From Promethearchaeota archaeon (lineage in GTDB: Archaea; Asgardarchaeota; Lokiarchaeia; Sigyniarchaeales; SOKP01), in the NCBI GenBank assembly GCA_019058365.1, contig JAHPZE010000004.1, positions 160,001 to 224,000 of the forward strand: a stretch of DNA of 64,000 nucleotides, in the 5' to 3' direction. Shown piece after piece: positions 41,050-51,415 of the stretch. How positions within the stretch are numbered: position 1 is the stretch's first letter; each line of letters starts with the position of its first letter. A program made the position numbers and the translations under genes. The notes beneath the pieces are model-generated. The model was not told where the DNA came from, ran no database searches, and was given only the letters and a program-made list of their open reading frames with translations.

Positions 41050-41556
41050 ATGCAAATGGTTGATTTTGAATTTCGAAATGAGTTGATAAAGGAAGATTTC
41101 TCATTAAATTATTGTTATCAATGTGGAACTTGTTCCAGCTCATGTCCAGTAGCTTTTGTTACTCAAGGTGAATATAATCCTCGAAAAATTATCGAACAAT
41201 CACTTTTAGGGCTTAAAGATATGCTATTAAAAGACCAAAAACCTAATGTATGGTTATGTTGTACGTGTCAGATGTGCGTAGAAGAATGCCCCCAAAAGGT
41301 TTTTTTAACGGAAATTTTTGAGAGGATTAAAAATAAGATTGTATTATTAGGAGAACCTTACCCTGAGAATTTTAAAATACAAGCAAAAAGCGTAATACAA
41401 AATGGATTAGCAATTCCTCTAACACAACCAATTATTCGTAGAAGAGAACAATTGGGACTTCCGAATATAGAATCTGCTAATATTAAAGAATTAAAAAAAT
41501 TGTTAGATGCTACTGATTTTGAAAAAAAAATAAAAGTGTTTGAGGTAAGTAAATAA
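41050..41556 (+). CDS. hdrC: Heterodisulfide reductase subunit C
   Basis: CYQCGTCSSSCP, NPRKII, WLCCTCQMCVEECPQ. Confidence 0.93.
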   Translation: MQMVDFEFRNELIKEDFSLNYCYQCGTCSSSCPVAFVTQGEYNPRKIIEQSLLGLKDMLLKDQKPNVWLCCTCQMCVEECPQKVFLTEIFERIKNKIVLLGEPYPENFKIQAKSVIQNGLAIPLTQPIIRRREQLGLPNIESANIKELKKLLDATDFEKKIKVFEVSK

Positions 41557-41557
41557 A

Positions 41558-42427
41558 ATGTCTTATAGTTACTTTTTAGGTTGTGTAATTCCTGGAAGAC
41601 TACCATTTTTAGAAGCATCAGCGCGAAACACATTTGAAAAAATTGGTTTGAAAGTTGGAGATCAAGCCAAATGTTCATGTTGTCCAGATCCTACTGGGGC
41701 AGCTCAATTGGATCATGAAACATTCTTAGCTTTAGGAGCAAGAAATTTATGTCTTTTTGAAGAAAGTAATAAAAGTATATTAAGTCTCTGTTCTGGATGT
41801 ACAGAATCTCTCAAAACAGTTAAACATATATTAGATAATGATGATGAGAAGAAAAAAGAAATTAATTTGAAATTAAAGGTAATAGGAAAAGCCTATAAAG
41901 GAAGTATTGATATTAAACATTTTGCTGAAGTATTATATGAAAATATTGAAAAAATTAAACAAAAGGTTAAAAAACCATTAAAAGATCTAAAAGTTGCGGG
42001 TCACCCTGGATGTCATTATTTACGTCCATCTGAAATAATAAATTGGGATGATCCATTGAATCCTAAAACCTTAGATGAATTAATTGAAGCAACTGGAGCA
42101 GATCCTGTTGAATATAGTTTGAAAAATGATTGTTGTGGAAACCCAGTAGAAAAATCTGATAAGGACATTTCTCTAAGGATGTTAGAGAACAAACTTAAAA
42201 GCATGAAAGAAGCAGGAACAGATTGTATTGCGTGTGTTTGCCCTGCTTGTTATCAGCAATTTGATTTCAATCAGAGAGAAGTAAATAAAATTTACAATAC
42301 AGATTATAATTTTCCAGTTTTTTATATAACAGAACTCATTGCTTTAGCTATAGGAATGGATACAGAAAAGCTTGGCTTAAATTTCCACAGAATTAAAGTT
42401 AATGATATTTTAAAAAAAATTGCTTAA
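41558..42427 (+). CDS. hdrB: Heterodisulfide reductase subunit B (two CCG domains)
   Basis: YFLGC, CSCCP, CSGC, HPGCHY, DCCG, CVCPACYQQFD. Confidence 0.93.
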   Translation: MSYSYFLGCVIPGRLPFLEASARNTFEKIGLKVGDQAKCSCCPDPTGAAQLDHETFLALGARNLCLFEESNKSILSLCSGCTESLKTVKHILDNDDEKKKEINLKLKVIGKAYKGSIDIKHFAEVLYENIEKIKQKVKKPLKDLKVAGHPGCHYLRPSEIINWDDPLNPKTLDELIEATGADPVEYSLKNDCCGNPVEKSDKDISLRMLENKLKSMKEAGTDCIACVCPACYQQFDFNQREVNKIYNTDYNFPVFYITELIALAIGMDTEKLGLNFHRIKVNDILKKIA

Positions 42428-42447
42428 TATAAAGAAGATGATTTAAG

Positions 42448-43743
42448 TTGGATGAAAATTTAAAAAGAGTTATGGTTATTGGAGGGGGAATCGCAGGAAT
42501 TCAAGCATCTTTAGATTTAGCTGAAAGAGGTATAAAAGTCGAATTGATTGAGAAAAATGCCTGTATCGGAGGACGAATGGCACAACTTGATAAAACATTT
42601 CCTACTAATGACTGTTCTATTTGTATTTTAGCTCCAAAACTCGCAGAATGTTTTCGACATCCAAATATTACTTTGCATACACTTTCAGAAGTAAAAAATC
42701 TATCAGGTCGACCAGGGAATTTCAATGTGAAAATATTCAAGAAAGCAAGATATGTAAAAGCAGAAGAATGTATAAATTGTGGACGATGTATAGAAAAATG
42801 TCCAATGAGGGTAGACGATGAATTTGATATGAAATTAAGAAAACGTAGAGCAATTTATATTGATTATGTTCAAGGTGTTCCCTCAATAATGACTATAGAT
42901 AAAGAAAACTGTTTATTTTTCACAAAGAACGCTTGCAGGATTTGTGAAAAAGTGTGTGAAAGAGAAGCAATCGATTTCGATCAAAAGGATGAAGAAATGG
43001 AATTAAATGTGGGATCTATCATTGTAGCGACAGGTTATGATATATTTGATCCAAAAACTCTCGAATCTTTAGGATATGGTCGATATCCCAATGTTGTTAC
43101 TGCTCTAGAATTTGAAAGATTAATTAGTGCTTCTGGACCGTTGGGAGGACATTTGACGAGGCCATCGGATAAAAATGAGCCTAAAAAACTGGCTTTCATT
43201 AATTGTGTAGGTTCAAGAGATATAAAAAACAATCCATATTGTTCATCTTGTTGTTGTATGTATACCACTAAAGAAGCAATGATAGCTTATGAGCATGATA
43301 ATGAGATAGATACTTCAATATTCTATATTGATCTTAGAGCTGCTGGTAAAGGTTTCCGAGAATATATTCAAAGAGGAGGAGATGAATATGCTATTAAATA
43401 CATTAAAGGAAAGGTAGCGAAGATATTGGAAGATGATCAAAGAAATCCTTTAATTATATTTGAAGATATTAATACTTCGCAAGTGAAACAACTTAAATTT
43501 GACTTAGTAATTTTAGCTACTACTATGATACCTAAAAAAGATGCTGCAGGATTAGCTAAAATCCTTGGAATTAAAATAAATGATTATAACTTTTTCAAAG
43601 CAGAGAATTACCAACCACAAAAATCCTCTAAGGAAGGAATTTTTCTCTGCGGTGCTTGTAGGGAACCAATGGATATTCCAAATTCTGTAATTGATGCAAG
43701 TGGAGCAGCCGCTAAAGCTGCTGAAATTGTAATGAGGGGGTAA
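42448..43743 (+). CDS. hdrA: HdrA-like flavoprotein, module 1 (FAD domain with inserted ferredoxin)
   Basis: IGGGIAG, LDKTFPTNDCSICIL, CINCGRCIEKCP, FERLISASGP, CVGSRD..YCS.CCMY. Confidence 0.9.
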   Translation: MDENLKRVMVIGGGIAGIQASLDLAERGIKVELIEKNACIGGRMAQLDKTFPTNDCSICILAPKLAECFRHPNITLHTLSEVKNLSGRPGNFNVKIFKKARYVKAEECINCGRCIEKCPMRVDDEFDMKLRKRRAIYIDYVQGVPSIMTIDKENCLFFTKNACRICEKVCEREAIDFDQKDEEMELNVGSIIVATGYDIFDPKTLESLGYGRYPNVVTALEFERLISASGPLGGHLTRPSDKNEPKKLAFINCVGSRDIKNNPYCSSCCCMYTTKEAMIAYEHDNEIDTSIFYIDLRAAGKGFREYIQRGGDEYAIKYIKGKVAKILEDDQRNPLIIFEDINTSQVKQLKFDLVILATTMIPKKDAAGLAKILGIKINDYNFFKAENYQPQKSSKEGIFLCGACREPMDIPNSVIDASGAAAKAAEIVMRG

Positions 43744-43747
43744 AAAA

Positions 43748-45415
43748 ATGACGGACGACGATATTAGAATTGGCGTTTTTATTTGTCATTGTGGTACTAA
43801 TATAGGTGGTGTTTTAGATATCTCTGAGTTAACAGAATATACCAAGACTTTACCTAATGTAGTATATAGTGCTGCAAACCTTTATACATGTTCAGAAGTT
43901 GGATTAAGTGAGATCAGAGAAAATATAAAGGAACATAATTTAAATCGTGTTATTGTAGCATCATGTTCTCCTCGAACTCATGAACCATTATTTAGATCAA
44001 CTTGTCAAGAAGCAGGTTTGAATCCTTATTTATTCGAAATGGTAAACATTCGAGATCAAGATTCTTGGGTTCATATGAAAGAGCCAGAAAAAGGTACCGA
44101 AAAGGCTAAAGATCTCATTAGAATGGGTGTTTTTAAGGCTGCTCTATTAGAATCATTAGAAAAAATGCAAGTTAGCGTAATACCTTCTGCTATAGTAATA
44201 GGTGGCGGGATCGCAGGAATGAATGCTGCATTAAATTTAGCAAACCAAAGTTTTAAAGTAAGTGTAATCGAAAAGGATTCTGAATTAGGAGGATTAATTA
44301 GACATTTAAATAAAGTATATCCTACTAATGAAGATGCTTCAAATATATTAGAAACAAGAAATTTGGTAGAGAATCATAAAAAAATTGAGGTATATAAGTC
44401 TGCTGTAATAGAAAAAATAGAAGGATATGTAGGGAACTTTAAAGTAATTATTCTTCAAAATAAAAAAACCATAGAAATTGAAGCAGGAGCTATTATTGTT
44501 GCTACAGGCGCAAAAGCTTTATCACCAGAAGGATACTATAATTATAATGGAAAAACCATAATAAGTCAATTAGAACTTGAAGGTTTATTAAAAGAGAATA
44601 AAATTAACAATTCTAACATTACTATGATTCAATGTGTTGGTTGTAGAAATGAAGAACGAAAATATTGTTCAAATATATGCTGTATGACTGCGCTTAAAAA
44701 TGCAATCTTAATCAAGGAACACAATCCAAATGCTAATATTAATATAATTTTTAGAGATATCCAAACTCAAGGTGTTGCCTATGAGGAATACTATAGAAGA
44801 GCAAGAGAAATGGGAATTTTGTTTATAAAATATTTACCAGAGAAACCTCCAACAATTAAGAAAGACCGTATTGAGGTTTATAATGAATTTATGAATCAAA
44901 TCATTGGATTTCCTTATGATCTTGTTGTATTATCAATGCCTCTTGTTGCTAATGAAGATTCAGAACAGCTAGCTAAAATGTTAAAAGTGCCATTAGAAGA
45001 GAATCATTTCTTTTTAGAAGCTCATGTGAAATTAAGACCTGTTGATTTTGCTACAGACGGTATTTTTGTATGTGGCTCTGCTCATTGGCCAGCGGATATT
45101 TCAGAATCAATATCACAATCAAATGCTGCAGCTTCTAGAGCAAGTACAATAATCTCGAAAGAAATGCTAGAAGTAGAAGGTTCTACAGCCGAAGTTAATA
45201 CAGATTTATGTGTGGGATGTGAAGCGTGTATTAAGATTTGTTCCTATAGTGCAATATCTAAAGATGAGGAAACTGATACTGTCGTAGTTAATAAAGTTGT
45301 TTGTAAAGGGTGTGGAGTATGTGGTGCTAGTTGTCCGCAAAATGCAATAACGATACACCACTTTACTAGCGATCAAATTATTGCTGAAATTGTAACTTAT
45401 GGAGGTGGAGAATAA
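43748..45415 (+). CDS. hdrA: HdrA-like flavoprotein, module 2 (CHC domain, FAD domain, C-terminal ferredoxin)
   Basis: IGVFICHCG, ASCSPRTHE, IGGGIAG, EAHVKLRPV, CVGCEAC, CKGCGVCGASCP. Confidence 0.9.
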   Translation: MTDDDIRIGVFICHCGTNIGGVLDISELTEYTKTLPNVVYSAANLYTCSEVGLSEIRENIKEHNLNRVIVASCSPRTHEPLFRSTCQEAGLNPYLFEMVNIRDQDSWVHMKEPEKGTEKAKDLIRMGVFKAALLESLEKMQVSVIPSAIVIGGGIAGMNAALNLANQSFKVSVIEKDSELGGLIRHLNKVYPTNEDASNILETRNLVENHKKIEVYKSAVIEKIEGYVGNFKVIILQNKKTIEIEAGAIIVATGAKALSPEGYYNYNGKTIISQLELEGLLKENKINNSNITMIQCVGCRNEERKYCSNICCMTALKNAILIKEHNPNANINIIFRDIQTQGVAYEEYYRRAREMGILFIKYLPEKPPTIKKDRIEVYNEFMNQIIGFPYDLVVLSMPLVANEDSEQLAKMLKVPLEENHFFLEAHVKLRPVDFATDGIFVCGSAHWPADISESISQSNAAASRASTIISKEMLEVEGSTAEVNTDLCVGCEACIKICSYSAISKDEETDTVVVNKVVCKGCGVCGASCPQNAITIHHFTSDQIIAEIVTYGGGE

Positions 45416-46186
45416 ATGGTCTTTGAACCTAAAATTTTAGGTTTTTTATGTAATTGGTGCTCTTATGCTGGAGCAGACTTAGCAGGTGTTAGTCGAATCC
45501 AATACCCAACAAATGTCAGAGTTATTCGCGTTATGTGTTCTGGAAGAGTTGATCCAGTATTTATTGTTGAAGCATTTATGAATGGTATTGATGGAGTACT
45601 TGTTTTAGGATGTCATTTAGGAGATTGCCATTATATAAGTGGTAATTATGAAACAGAATTAAAAATGAAAATGTTAAGTAAAACATTATCAATGATAAAT
45701 TTCTCTGATCGAGTTCGACTTGATTGGGTTTCTGCATCAGAAGGAAATAGATTCGCTCAAATAATTGGTGATTTTACTGAACATATCCGTAAATTGGGAC
45801 CATCTCCAATTAAAAATGAGAAAGTAAAGAAAGAAATAATTGATAATCTAAATGCTGTTAAATTTGCCCTATGTGATTCAAGGTTAAGAGCTTTAGTTGC
45901 TAGGCAACGAGAATTAACCACAGATGGAAATGTATATGGGGAAATAATACCGACAGAAGAATTTGAGGAAATACTTGATAATGCTATTGAAAATGAAATT
46001 ATTCGTCATAAAATTTTAGAAAAAATTAAGAACGAAGGTAAGTCTGTCCCTGATATTGCAAAAGAAATTGACGTTGAACCTTATAAAGTATTACAACATA
46101 TTGTAACTCTTCGAGCTCGAGGTTTAGTTGATGTTGATCAAATAAATGAAGAAATTCCCACTTTCATATCGATTAAAGAGGTTTAA
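45416..46186 (+). CDS. mvhD: MvhD/FlpD [2Fe-2S] subunit with C-terminal winged-HTH-like extension
   Basis: FLCNWCSYAGAD, VMCSGRV, GCHLGDCHY, WVSASEG; tail KSVPDIAKEIDVEPYKVLQHIVTLRARGLV. Confidence 0.9.
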   Translation: MVFEPKILGFLCNWCSYAGADLAGVSRIQYPTNVRVIRVMCSGRVDPVFIVEAFMNGIDGVLVLGCHLGDCHYISGNYETELKMKMLSKTLSMINFSDRVRLDWVSASEGNRFAQIIGDFTEHIRKLGPSPIKNEKVKKEIIDNLNAVKFALCDSRLRALVARQRELTTDGNVYGEIIPTEEFEEILDNAIENEIIRHKILEKIKNEGKSVPDIAKEIDVEPYKVLQHIVTLRARGLVDVDQINEEIPTFISIKEV

Positions 46187-46188
46187 AG

Positions 46189-49100
46189 ATGGAAAAAATT
46201 GGGTCAGTTTTAGTAATAGGAGGTGGAATAGCAGGCATCCAAGCTTCAATGGATTTAGCAGATTCAGGCTTTAAAGTTTATTTAATTGAATCATCAATGA
46301 GTATAGGAGGAGTTATGTCTCAATTAGATAAAACTTTTCCTACGAATGACTGTTCTATATGTATTCTCGCTCCTAAATTGGTTGCTGCAGGGCGTCATGA
46401 AAATATTACACTTTTAATAAATACAAATTTGGAAAAAATTGCGGGAAATCCTGGTAATTTTACTGTTGGGTTGAAACAAAACTCTTTATTATTGGATCAA
46501 GAAAAATGTACTGGTTGTGGGGTATGTGCTCAAGAATGTCCTGTAGAAGCTATTGATTTTTTTAATGAGGGGCTCTCAAATAGAGCTGCTATATCTGTTA
46601 AATTTCCACAAGCAGTTCCTTTAGTATTTTCAATTGATCAGGATCTGTGTATCGGATGTGGTTTTTGTAAGGGCGTATGTAAAGCTAAGGCAATTGATTA
46701 TACTCTCGAGGACAAATTTACTACTTTGAATGTTGGAGCTATTATTTTAGCAGTTGGTTTTGATGAATATGACCCTAGTCTTACACAACAATATGGTTAC
46801 AGTAAATATTTGAATGTTGTCACTAGTATTGAATTTGAGCGAATATTAAGTGCAAGTGGTCCCCATTCGGGGCTCATCCTTAGGCCATCTGATGGAATTA
46901 TTCCAAAAAAAATAGCATTTTTGCAGTGTGTTGGTTCAAGAGATAAAAAACATGGTGCAGAATATTGTTCTTCAATCTGTTGTATGTATACCGCTAAAGA
47001 AGCTGTAATTGCGAAAGAACATATGGCAATTATTGAACCTACGATTTTCTCAATGGATGTGAGAGCTGTTGGAAAAGATTTTGATAAATATATTGAACGT
47101 GCTCAAGATGAATATGGCATTAGATATATTAGAAGTAGAATTTCGGATATTAAGGAAATAGTAGAGACAAAAGATCTGATTCTTCATTTTGAGAATGAAG
47201 AGGGAAAAGTAGTTAGTGAGGTTTTTAACTTAGTTGTTTTGGCCGTAGGTGCTTTACCAAATCGGAGTACAAAAGAGTTAGTAAAAAAGCTAAATATTGA
47301 ATTGAATAGTTATGATTTCTGTAAGACAAAGCCATTTTCCCCAGTAGAAACATCCAGAAAAGGAATTTATGTATGTGGTATGATTTCAGAACCTAAAGAT
47401 ATTCCAGAAACAGTTGTAGAGGCAAGTGCGGCAGCAGGTGCTGTAAATATTCTTTTATCTGATGTCAGAAATACTTTAATAACTGAAAAAGAATTACCAA
47501 AAGAAATTGATACAAGTGGAGAACCCCCTCGCATCGGTGTTTTTATATGTCATTGTGGGATTAACATTGGAGGTGTTGTAGATGTTCCTGAAGTTGTTGA
47601 ATATGCAAGTCAATTACCTGATGTAATTTATGCTGAAAGGAATTTATATACATGCTCAGCAGATACTCAAACTAAGATTAAAGAAAAAATTAAAGAACAT
47701 AATCTAAATAGAGTAATTGTTGCTTCATGTACCCCAAGAACTCATGAACCCTTATTTCAAGCAACAATTAGGGAAGCAGGTTTGAATAAATATCTTTTTG
47801 ATTTAGCAAATATCCGGGATCAATGCTCATGGGTACATATGCATGAACCAGAGGAAGCAACAGAGAAAGCAAAGGATCTAGTGAGAATGGCTATTGCTAG
47901 AGCTCGAAAATTAGTCCCTCTCCAAGAACAACAAGTAGAAGTAATACATAAGGGAATGGTAATTGGAGGAGGCGTTGCAGGAATGACAGCAGCTTTAAAC
48001 CTTGCAAATCAAGGATTTGAAGTATTTCTTATAGAAAAAGCTGAAAAATTAGGAGGATTTTCTAATAATATTTATCAAACTATAGAAAATTATGATGTTC
48101 AAGAATTTCTTGAAGATTTAATTAATAAAGTTAATAATCATAAGCTCATTAACGTATTTCTTAATGCTAGAATTAACTCAATAGGTGGTTACGTCTGTAA
48201 CTTTACAACCAAAATTACATGTGGTGAAGATAAACAAAAGAAAGAATTTCAGCACGGTATTATTATTGTAGCTACTGGAGCTCATGAATACCAACCAAAA
48301 AATGGTGAATTTCTTTTTGATAAAGATAATAGAGTTATATTACAATCAGAACTCGAAAAAATTCTTTTCACTGAGGAAGAGAAAATTAATAATTTAAATT
48401 CAATAGTAATGATACAGTGTGTAGGCTCTAGAAATGAAGAGCATCCATATTGTAGTAGGATGTGCTGTAGTGAAGCAATTAAAAATGCTTTAAAGGCAAA
48501 AGAGATTAATCCAAATCTTAATATCACTATTTTATATAGAGATATTCGAACCTATGGCTTTAAAGAAAAATATTACAATTTGGCAAGAGAAAAGGGAATA
48601 CTTTTTCTCAGGTTCAAAGATGATGCACCCCCTGAAATTAAGTTAGAAAATGGTAAATTAGATGTTTATATAGATAAATCAGATATTGGAACTATTAAAA
48701 TAGGAGCAGATTTAATTGCTCTAAGTGCAGGTATTGTCGCTGATGGTGAAGCTAACGAAATTTTAGCAAAAATGTTAAAAGTCCCAACGAATGATGATAA
48801 TTTTTTCTTAGAAGCTCATGTAAAACTTCGACCATCAGATTTCGCAACTGACGGTATCTTTTTATGCGGAACTGCTCGCGGAACTGCAACAATTAGCGAA
48901 AGCATAGGACAGGCAATGTCAGCTGCCTCTAGAGCTACTACAATTTTATCTAAAGATATTTTAATTACTCAAGGTGTCATATCTAAGGTTGATCCCGCTT
49001 TATGCATTGGATGCAATAGATGTGCTGAAGTGTGTAATTATGGTGCAGTTGGTGTAAAATATGAAGAAGGTTTAATGGTTTCTGAAGTTAATCCTCTACT

Positions 49101-49650
49101 TTGTAAAGGTTGTGGAGATTGTGCTGCTGAATGTCCTGCAGAAGCTATTACTATGAGTCATTTTGGACGTATTCAAATTGAACCAATGATAACTGAAGCT
49201 GCAAAAACTTCACTTTCAGATGGACCGCCTAGAATAGTTGCATTTCTCTGCAACTGGTGTAGTTATGCCGGTGCAGATCTAGCTGGAGTAAGTCGATATC
49301 AATATCCTCCAAATATAAGAACTATAAGAGTAATGTGTTCTGGGGGCATCCCTAAGAGTTTTATACTCCAAGCATTTTTAGAAGGTGCTGATGGCGTTTT
49401 TGTAGGTGGATGCCATCTAGGAGATTGTCATTATATAGCCGGAAATCAAGATACTTTAAGAAGAACTAATGAAATTGAACAAATTATAGAATCTCTCGGA
49501 ATCAATCCCGGTAGATTCCTGCGAAGATGGGTTTCTGCTAGTGAAGGAAAGCTTTTTGCTGAAACCATTACAGAATTTACCGAAAAATTAAAAAAATTAG
49601 GTCCTATTGAAAATGACTATAAAAAAGAAGAAATTCTTATAACAAAATAA
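46189..49650 (+). CDS. hdrA: Large HdrA-HdrA-MvhD fusion protein (two FAD domains)
   Basis: Two GGG[IV]AG FAD motifs, internal IGVFICHCG, four ferredoxin motifs, C-terminal FLCNWCSYAGAD MvhD domain. Confidence 0.92.
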   Translation: MEKIGSVLVIGGGIAGIQASMDLADSGFKVYLIESSMSIGGVMSQLDKTFPTNDCSICILAPKLVAAGRHENITLLINTNLEKIAGNPGNFTVGLKQNSLLLDQEKCTGCGVCAQECPVEAIDFFNEGLSNRAAISVKFPQAVPLVFSIDQDLCIGCGFCKGVCKAKAIDYTLEDKFTTLNVGAIILAVGFDEYDPSLTQQYGYSKYLNVVTSIEFERILSASGPHSGLILRPSDGIIPKKIAFLQCVGSRDKKHGAEYCSSICCMYTAKEAVIAKEHMAIIEPTIFSMDVRAVGKDFDKYIERAQDEYGIRYIRSRISDIKEIVETKDLILHFENEEGKVVSEVFNLVVLAVGALPNRSTKELVKKLNIELNSYDFCKTKPFSPVETSRKGIYVCGMISEPKDIPETVVEASAAAGAVNILLSDVRNTLITEKELPKEIDTSGEPPRIGVFICHCGINIGGVVDVPEVVEYASQLPDVIYAERNLYTCSADTQTKIKEKIKEHNLNRVIVASCTPRTHEPLFQATIREAGLNKYLFDLANIRDQCSWVHMHEPEEATEKAKDLVRMAIARARKLVPLQEQQVEVIHKGMVIGGGVAGMTAALNLANQGFEVFLIEKAEKLGGFSNNIYQTIENYDVQEFLEDLINKVNNHKLINVFLNARINSIGGYVCNFTTKITCGEDKQKKEFQHGIIIVATGAHEYQPKNGEFLFDKDNRVILQSELEKILFTEEEKINNLNSIVMIQCVGSRNEEHPYCSRMCCSEAIKNALKAKEINPNLNITILYRDIRTYGFKEKYYNLAREKGILFLRFKDDAPPEIKLENGKLDVYIDKSDIGTIKIGADLIALSAGIVADGEANEILAKMLKVPTNDDNFFLEAHVKLRPSDFATDGIFLCGTARGTATISESIGQAMSAASRATTILSKDILITQGVISKVDPALCIGCNRCAEVCNYGAVGVKYEEGLMVSEVNPLLCKGCGDCAAECPAEAITMSHFGRIQIEPMITEAAKTSLSDGPPRIVAFLCNWCSYAGADLAGVSRYQYPPNIRTIRVMCSGGIPKSFILQAFLEGADGVFVGGCHLGDCHYIAGNQDTLRRTNEIEQIIESLGINPGRFLRRWVSASEGKLFAETITEFTEKLKKLGPIENDYKKEEILITK

Positions 49651-49688
49651 TATAATTATCAAATTAATAAAATTAAGAGTTTTTTAAA

Positions 49689-50387
49689 ATGATTATAACT
49701 AAACAAAAAGGTATTGAAGAAATATATGAAATGATAAAACCATACTCAAAAATCCTAGTCGCTGGGTGTGATGGATGTTGTCAACCTCCACGCTCAATTA
49801 ATGAAGCAAAATTATTGGCACAAATGTTAGAATTGAAAGCAAGGAGTAATGGAAAAGAATTAAAATGGAAAGCTATCACTGTCCTAAGACAGTGTGATGA
49901 TAGAATTGCAGCAACGACAATAAGACCATTTATTGAAGAATTTGATGCAATTGTATCTTTAGCATGTGGTTTAGGTGTCGGAATGTTAAATAGAATCTTT
50001 CCTACAATTCTCACTTTTCCAGCACAAAACAGTATGTTTGGTGGAGCAGAAAATAATGGAGAAAATTATTTTGTTGAGTATTGTGAAACTTGTGGAGAAT
50101 GTCTCCTGGGAGTTACAGGTGGTATTTGTCCGATGGCAGGATGTGCAAAAAACCTGAGTAACGGTCCTTGTGGAGGACAAGTTGAAGGTAAATGTGAAGT
50201 AGGAGGATATACACACGATTGTGCATGGGTCAAAATCTGGGAACGATTGAAGAAATTCAATAGACTTGATTTATTCACAGTTTATAGACCACCACGAAAT
50301 TACCGTATATGGTCGAGTCCAAGATTTTTACATATTTATGAACCAAGTTCAAATGTGGAAGAACCGAAAAAGGAGGAGAAAGTATAA
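49689..50387 (+). CDS. metV: MetV-like Fe-S/Zn subunit of methylenetetrahydrofolate reductase
   Basis: GCDGC, RQCD, LACG.G, CETCGECLL..TGGICP...CAKNL.NGPCGG...GKCEV...DCAW. Confidence 0.9.
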   Translation: MIITKQKGIEEIYEMIKPYSKILVAGCDGCCQPPRSINEAKLLAQMLELKARSNGKELKWKAITVLRQCDDRIAATTIRPFIEEFDAIVSLACGLGVGMLNRIFPTILTFPAQNSMFGGAENNGENYFVEYCETCGECLLGVTGGICPMAGCAKNLSNGPCGGQVEGKCEVGGYTHDCAWVKIWERLKKFNRLDLFTVYRPPRNYRIWSSPRFLHIYEPSSNVEEPKKEEKV

Positions 50388-50388
50388 A

Positions 50389-51327
50389 ATGCCAAAAAGA
50401 CCTGCTTACAGTAATCTAGTAAAGAATATCAAAGAAGGAAAATTCGTATTCACTGGTGAATTAGAACCTGAGAAAGATTTTGATTTAAAACATGTTCTGA
50501 AGTCTGCAGAAGCAATGAAAAAGACTAATAAAATCGTTGCCGCTAATGTTACAGACGGGCCTCAAGGAGATGCTTATACATGTTCCATGGTCCCTTGCTA
50601 TCTAGTTCAAGAAAAAGTTGGATTAGAAGCCATCTGGCAGATGACTGTTCGAGATAGAAATAGAATTGCTCTATTTGGTGATATTTTAGGTGGTGCAATT
50701 CTCGGTCTTAAAAATCTACTTGCATTAACAGGTGATCATTCTGCACTTGGAGATCACCAAAATGCTAGACCTGTTTATGATCTAGATTCTACTCAATTGA
50801 TAGAACTCGTTTCAAAAATGGTTGATGAAGGAACTGATTTAGAAGGAAATGAGATAGTAGGAGGAAAACCGCAAATAAATGTTGGTTGTGCTGCAAATCC
50901 AAATTCAAATCCAAGAGAGCCAGAAATTTTAAAAGTTGGGAGAAAGGTAGAGGTGGGAGCAGATTTCATTCAAACTCAAACTTCATTTGATATTGATGAT
51001 GCTAAGGAGTTTCTAAAGGAATTAGAAAAATATAATACTCCTGTCTTACTTGGGTTATTTCCAATAAAAAGTTATGGAATTGCTGCCTATTTTGATGCAA
51101 ATATTCCAGGTGTGTCAGTTCCTAAAGAATTTCTTGGAGCATTAAAGAAAGCAGAAAAAGATAATAAGGGGAATAAAAATGCTAAATATGCTGCGATAGA
51201 TAAGGTTAATCTGGAGTTCTACAGACCGTTTATTAATGAAATTAAGAAAACTACTAAAGCTGCAGGAATTCATTGTATGGCAGTACATTATGAAAGATTA
51301 TTTGATCCACTCCTTAAAGATTTCTGA
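50389..51327 (+). CDS. metF: MetF-like methylenetetrahydrofolate reductase (FAD TIM barrel)
   Basis: ATG at 50389 just after the metV stop, with GGAGG upstream; FTGELEP, ANVTD, QMTVRDRNR, LALTGDH, GADFIQTQ, AGIHCM. Confidence 0.92.
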   Translation: MPKRPAYSNLVKNIKEGKFVFTGELEPEKDFDLKHVLKSAEAMKKTNKIVAANVTDGPQGDAYTCSMVPCYLVQEKVGLEAIWQMTVRDRNRIALFGDILGGAILGLKNLLALTGDHSALGDHQNARPVYDLDSTQLIELVSKMVDEGTDLEGNEIVGGKPQINVGCAANPNSNPREPEILKVGRKVEVGADFIQTQTSFDIDDAKEFLKELEKYNTPVLLGLFPIKSYGIAAYFDANIPGVSVPKEFLGALKKAEKDNKGNKNAKYAAIDKVNLEFYRPFINEIKKTTKAAGIHCMAVHYERLFDPLLKDF

Positions 51328-51415
51328 AATAAGAACATAAATTTAAAGAATAATTTTTTCGAAATTTCAAATTAAGATTTTTTTAAATATTAAAAAAGAG
51401 AAGAGGGAATTAATA

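Noticed and set aside
43730-43760. Split between the 431-aa and 555-aa HdrA genes as a homopolymer frameshift artefact
   Set aside because: The roughly 20-residue linker present in the fused paralog is absent, and a GAGGGGG RBS precedes a proper ATG, so the split looks genuine
42448-49650. Selenocysteine recoding in HdrA/MvhD (known selenoprotein families)
   Set aside because: All frames are open with Cys codons at the candidate positions (TNDCSICIL, CNWCSY, GCHLGDCHY); there is no in-frame TGA and no convincing SECIS
50266-50388. 41-aa N-terminal extension of MetF given in the ORF track
   Set aside because: It overlaps metV; the ATG at 50389 follows the metV stop and a GGAGG RBS, and matches the paralog's length
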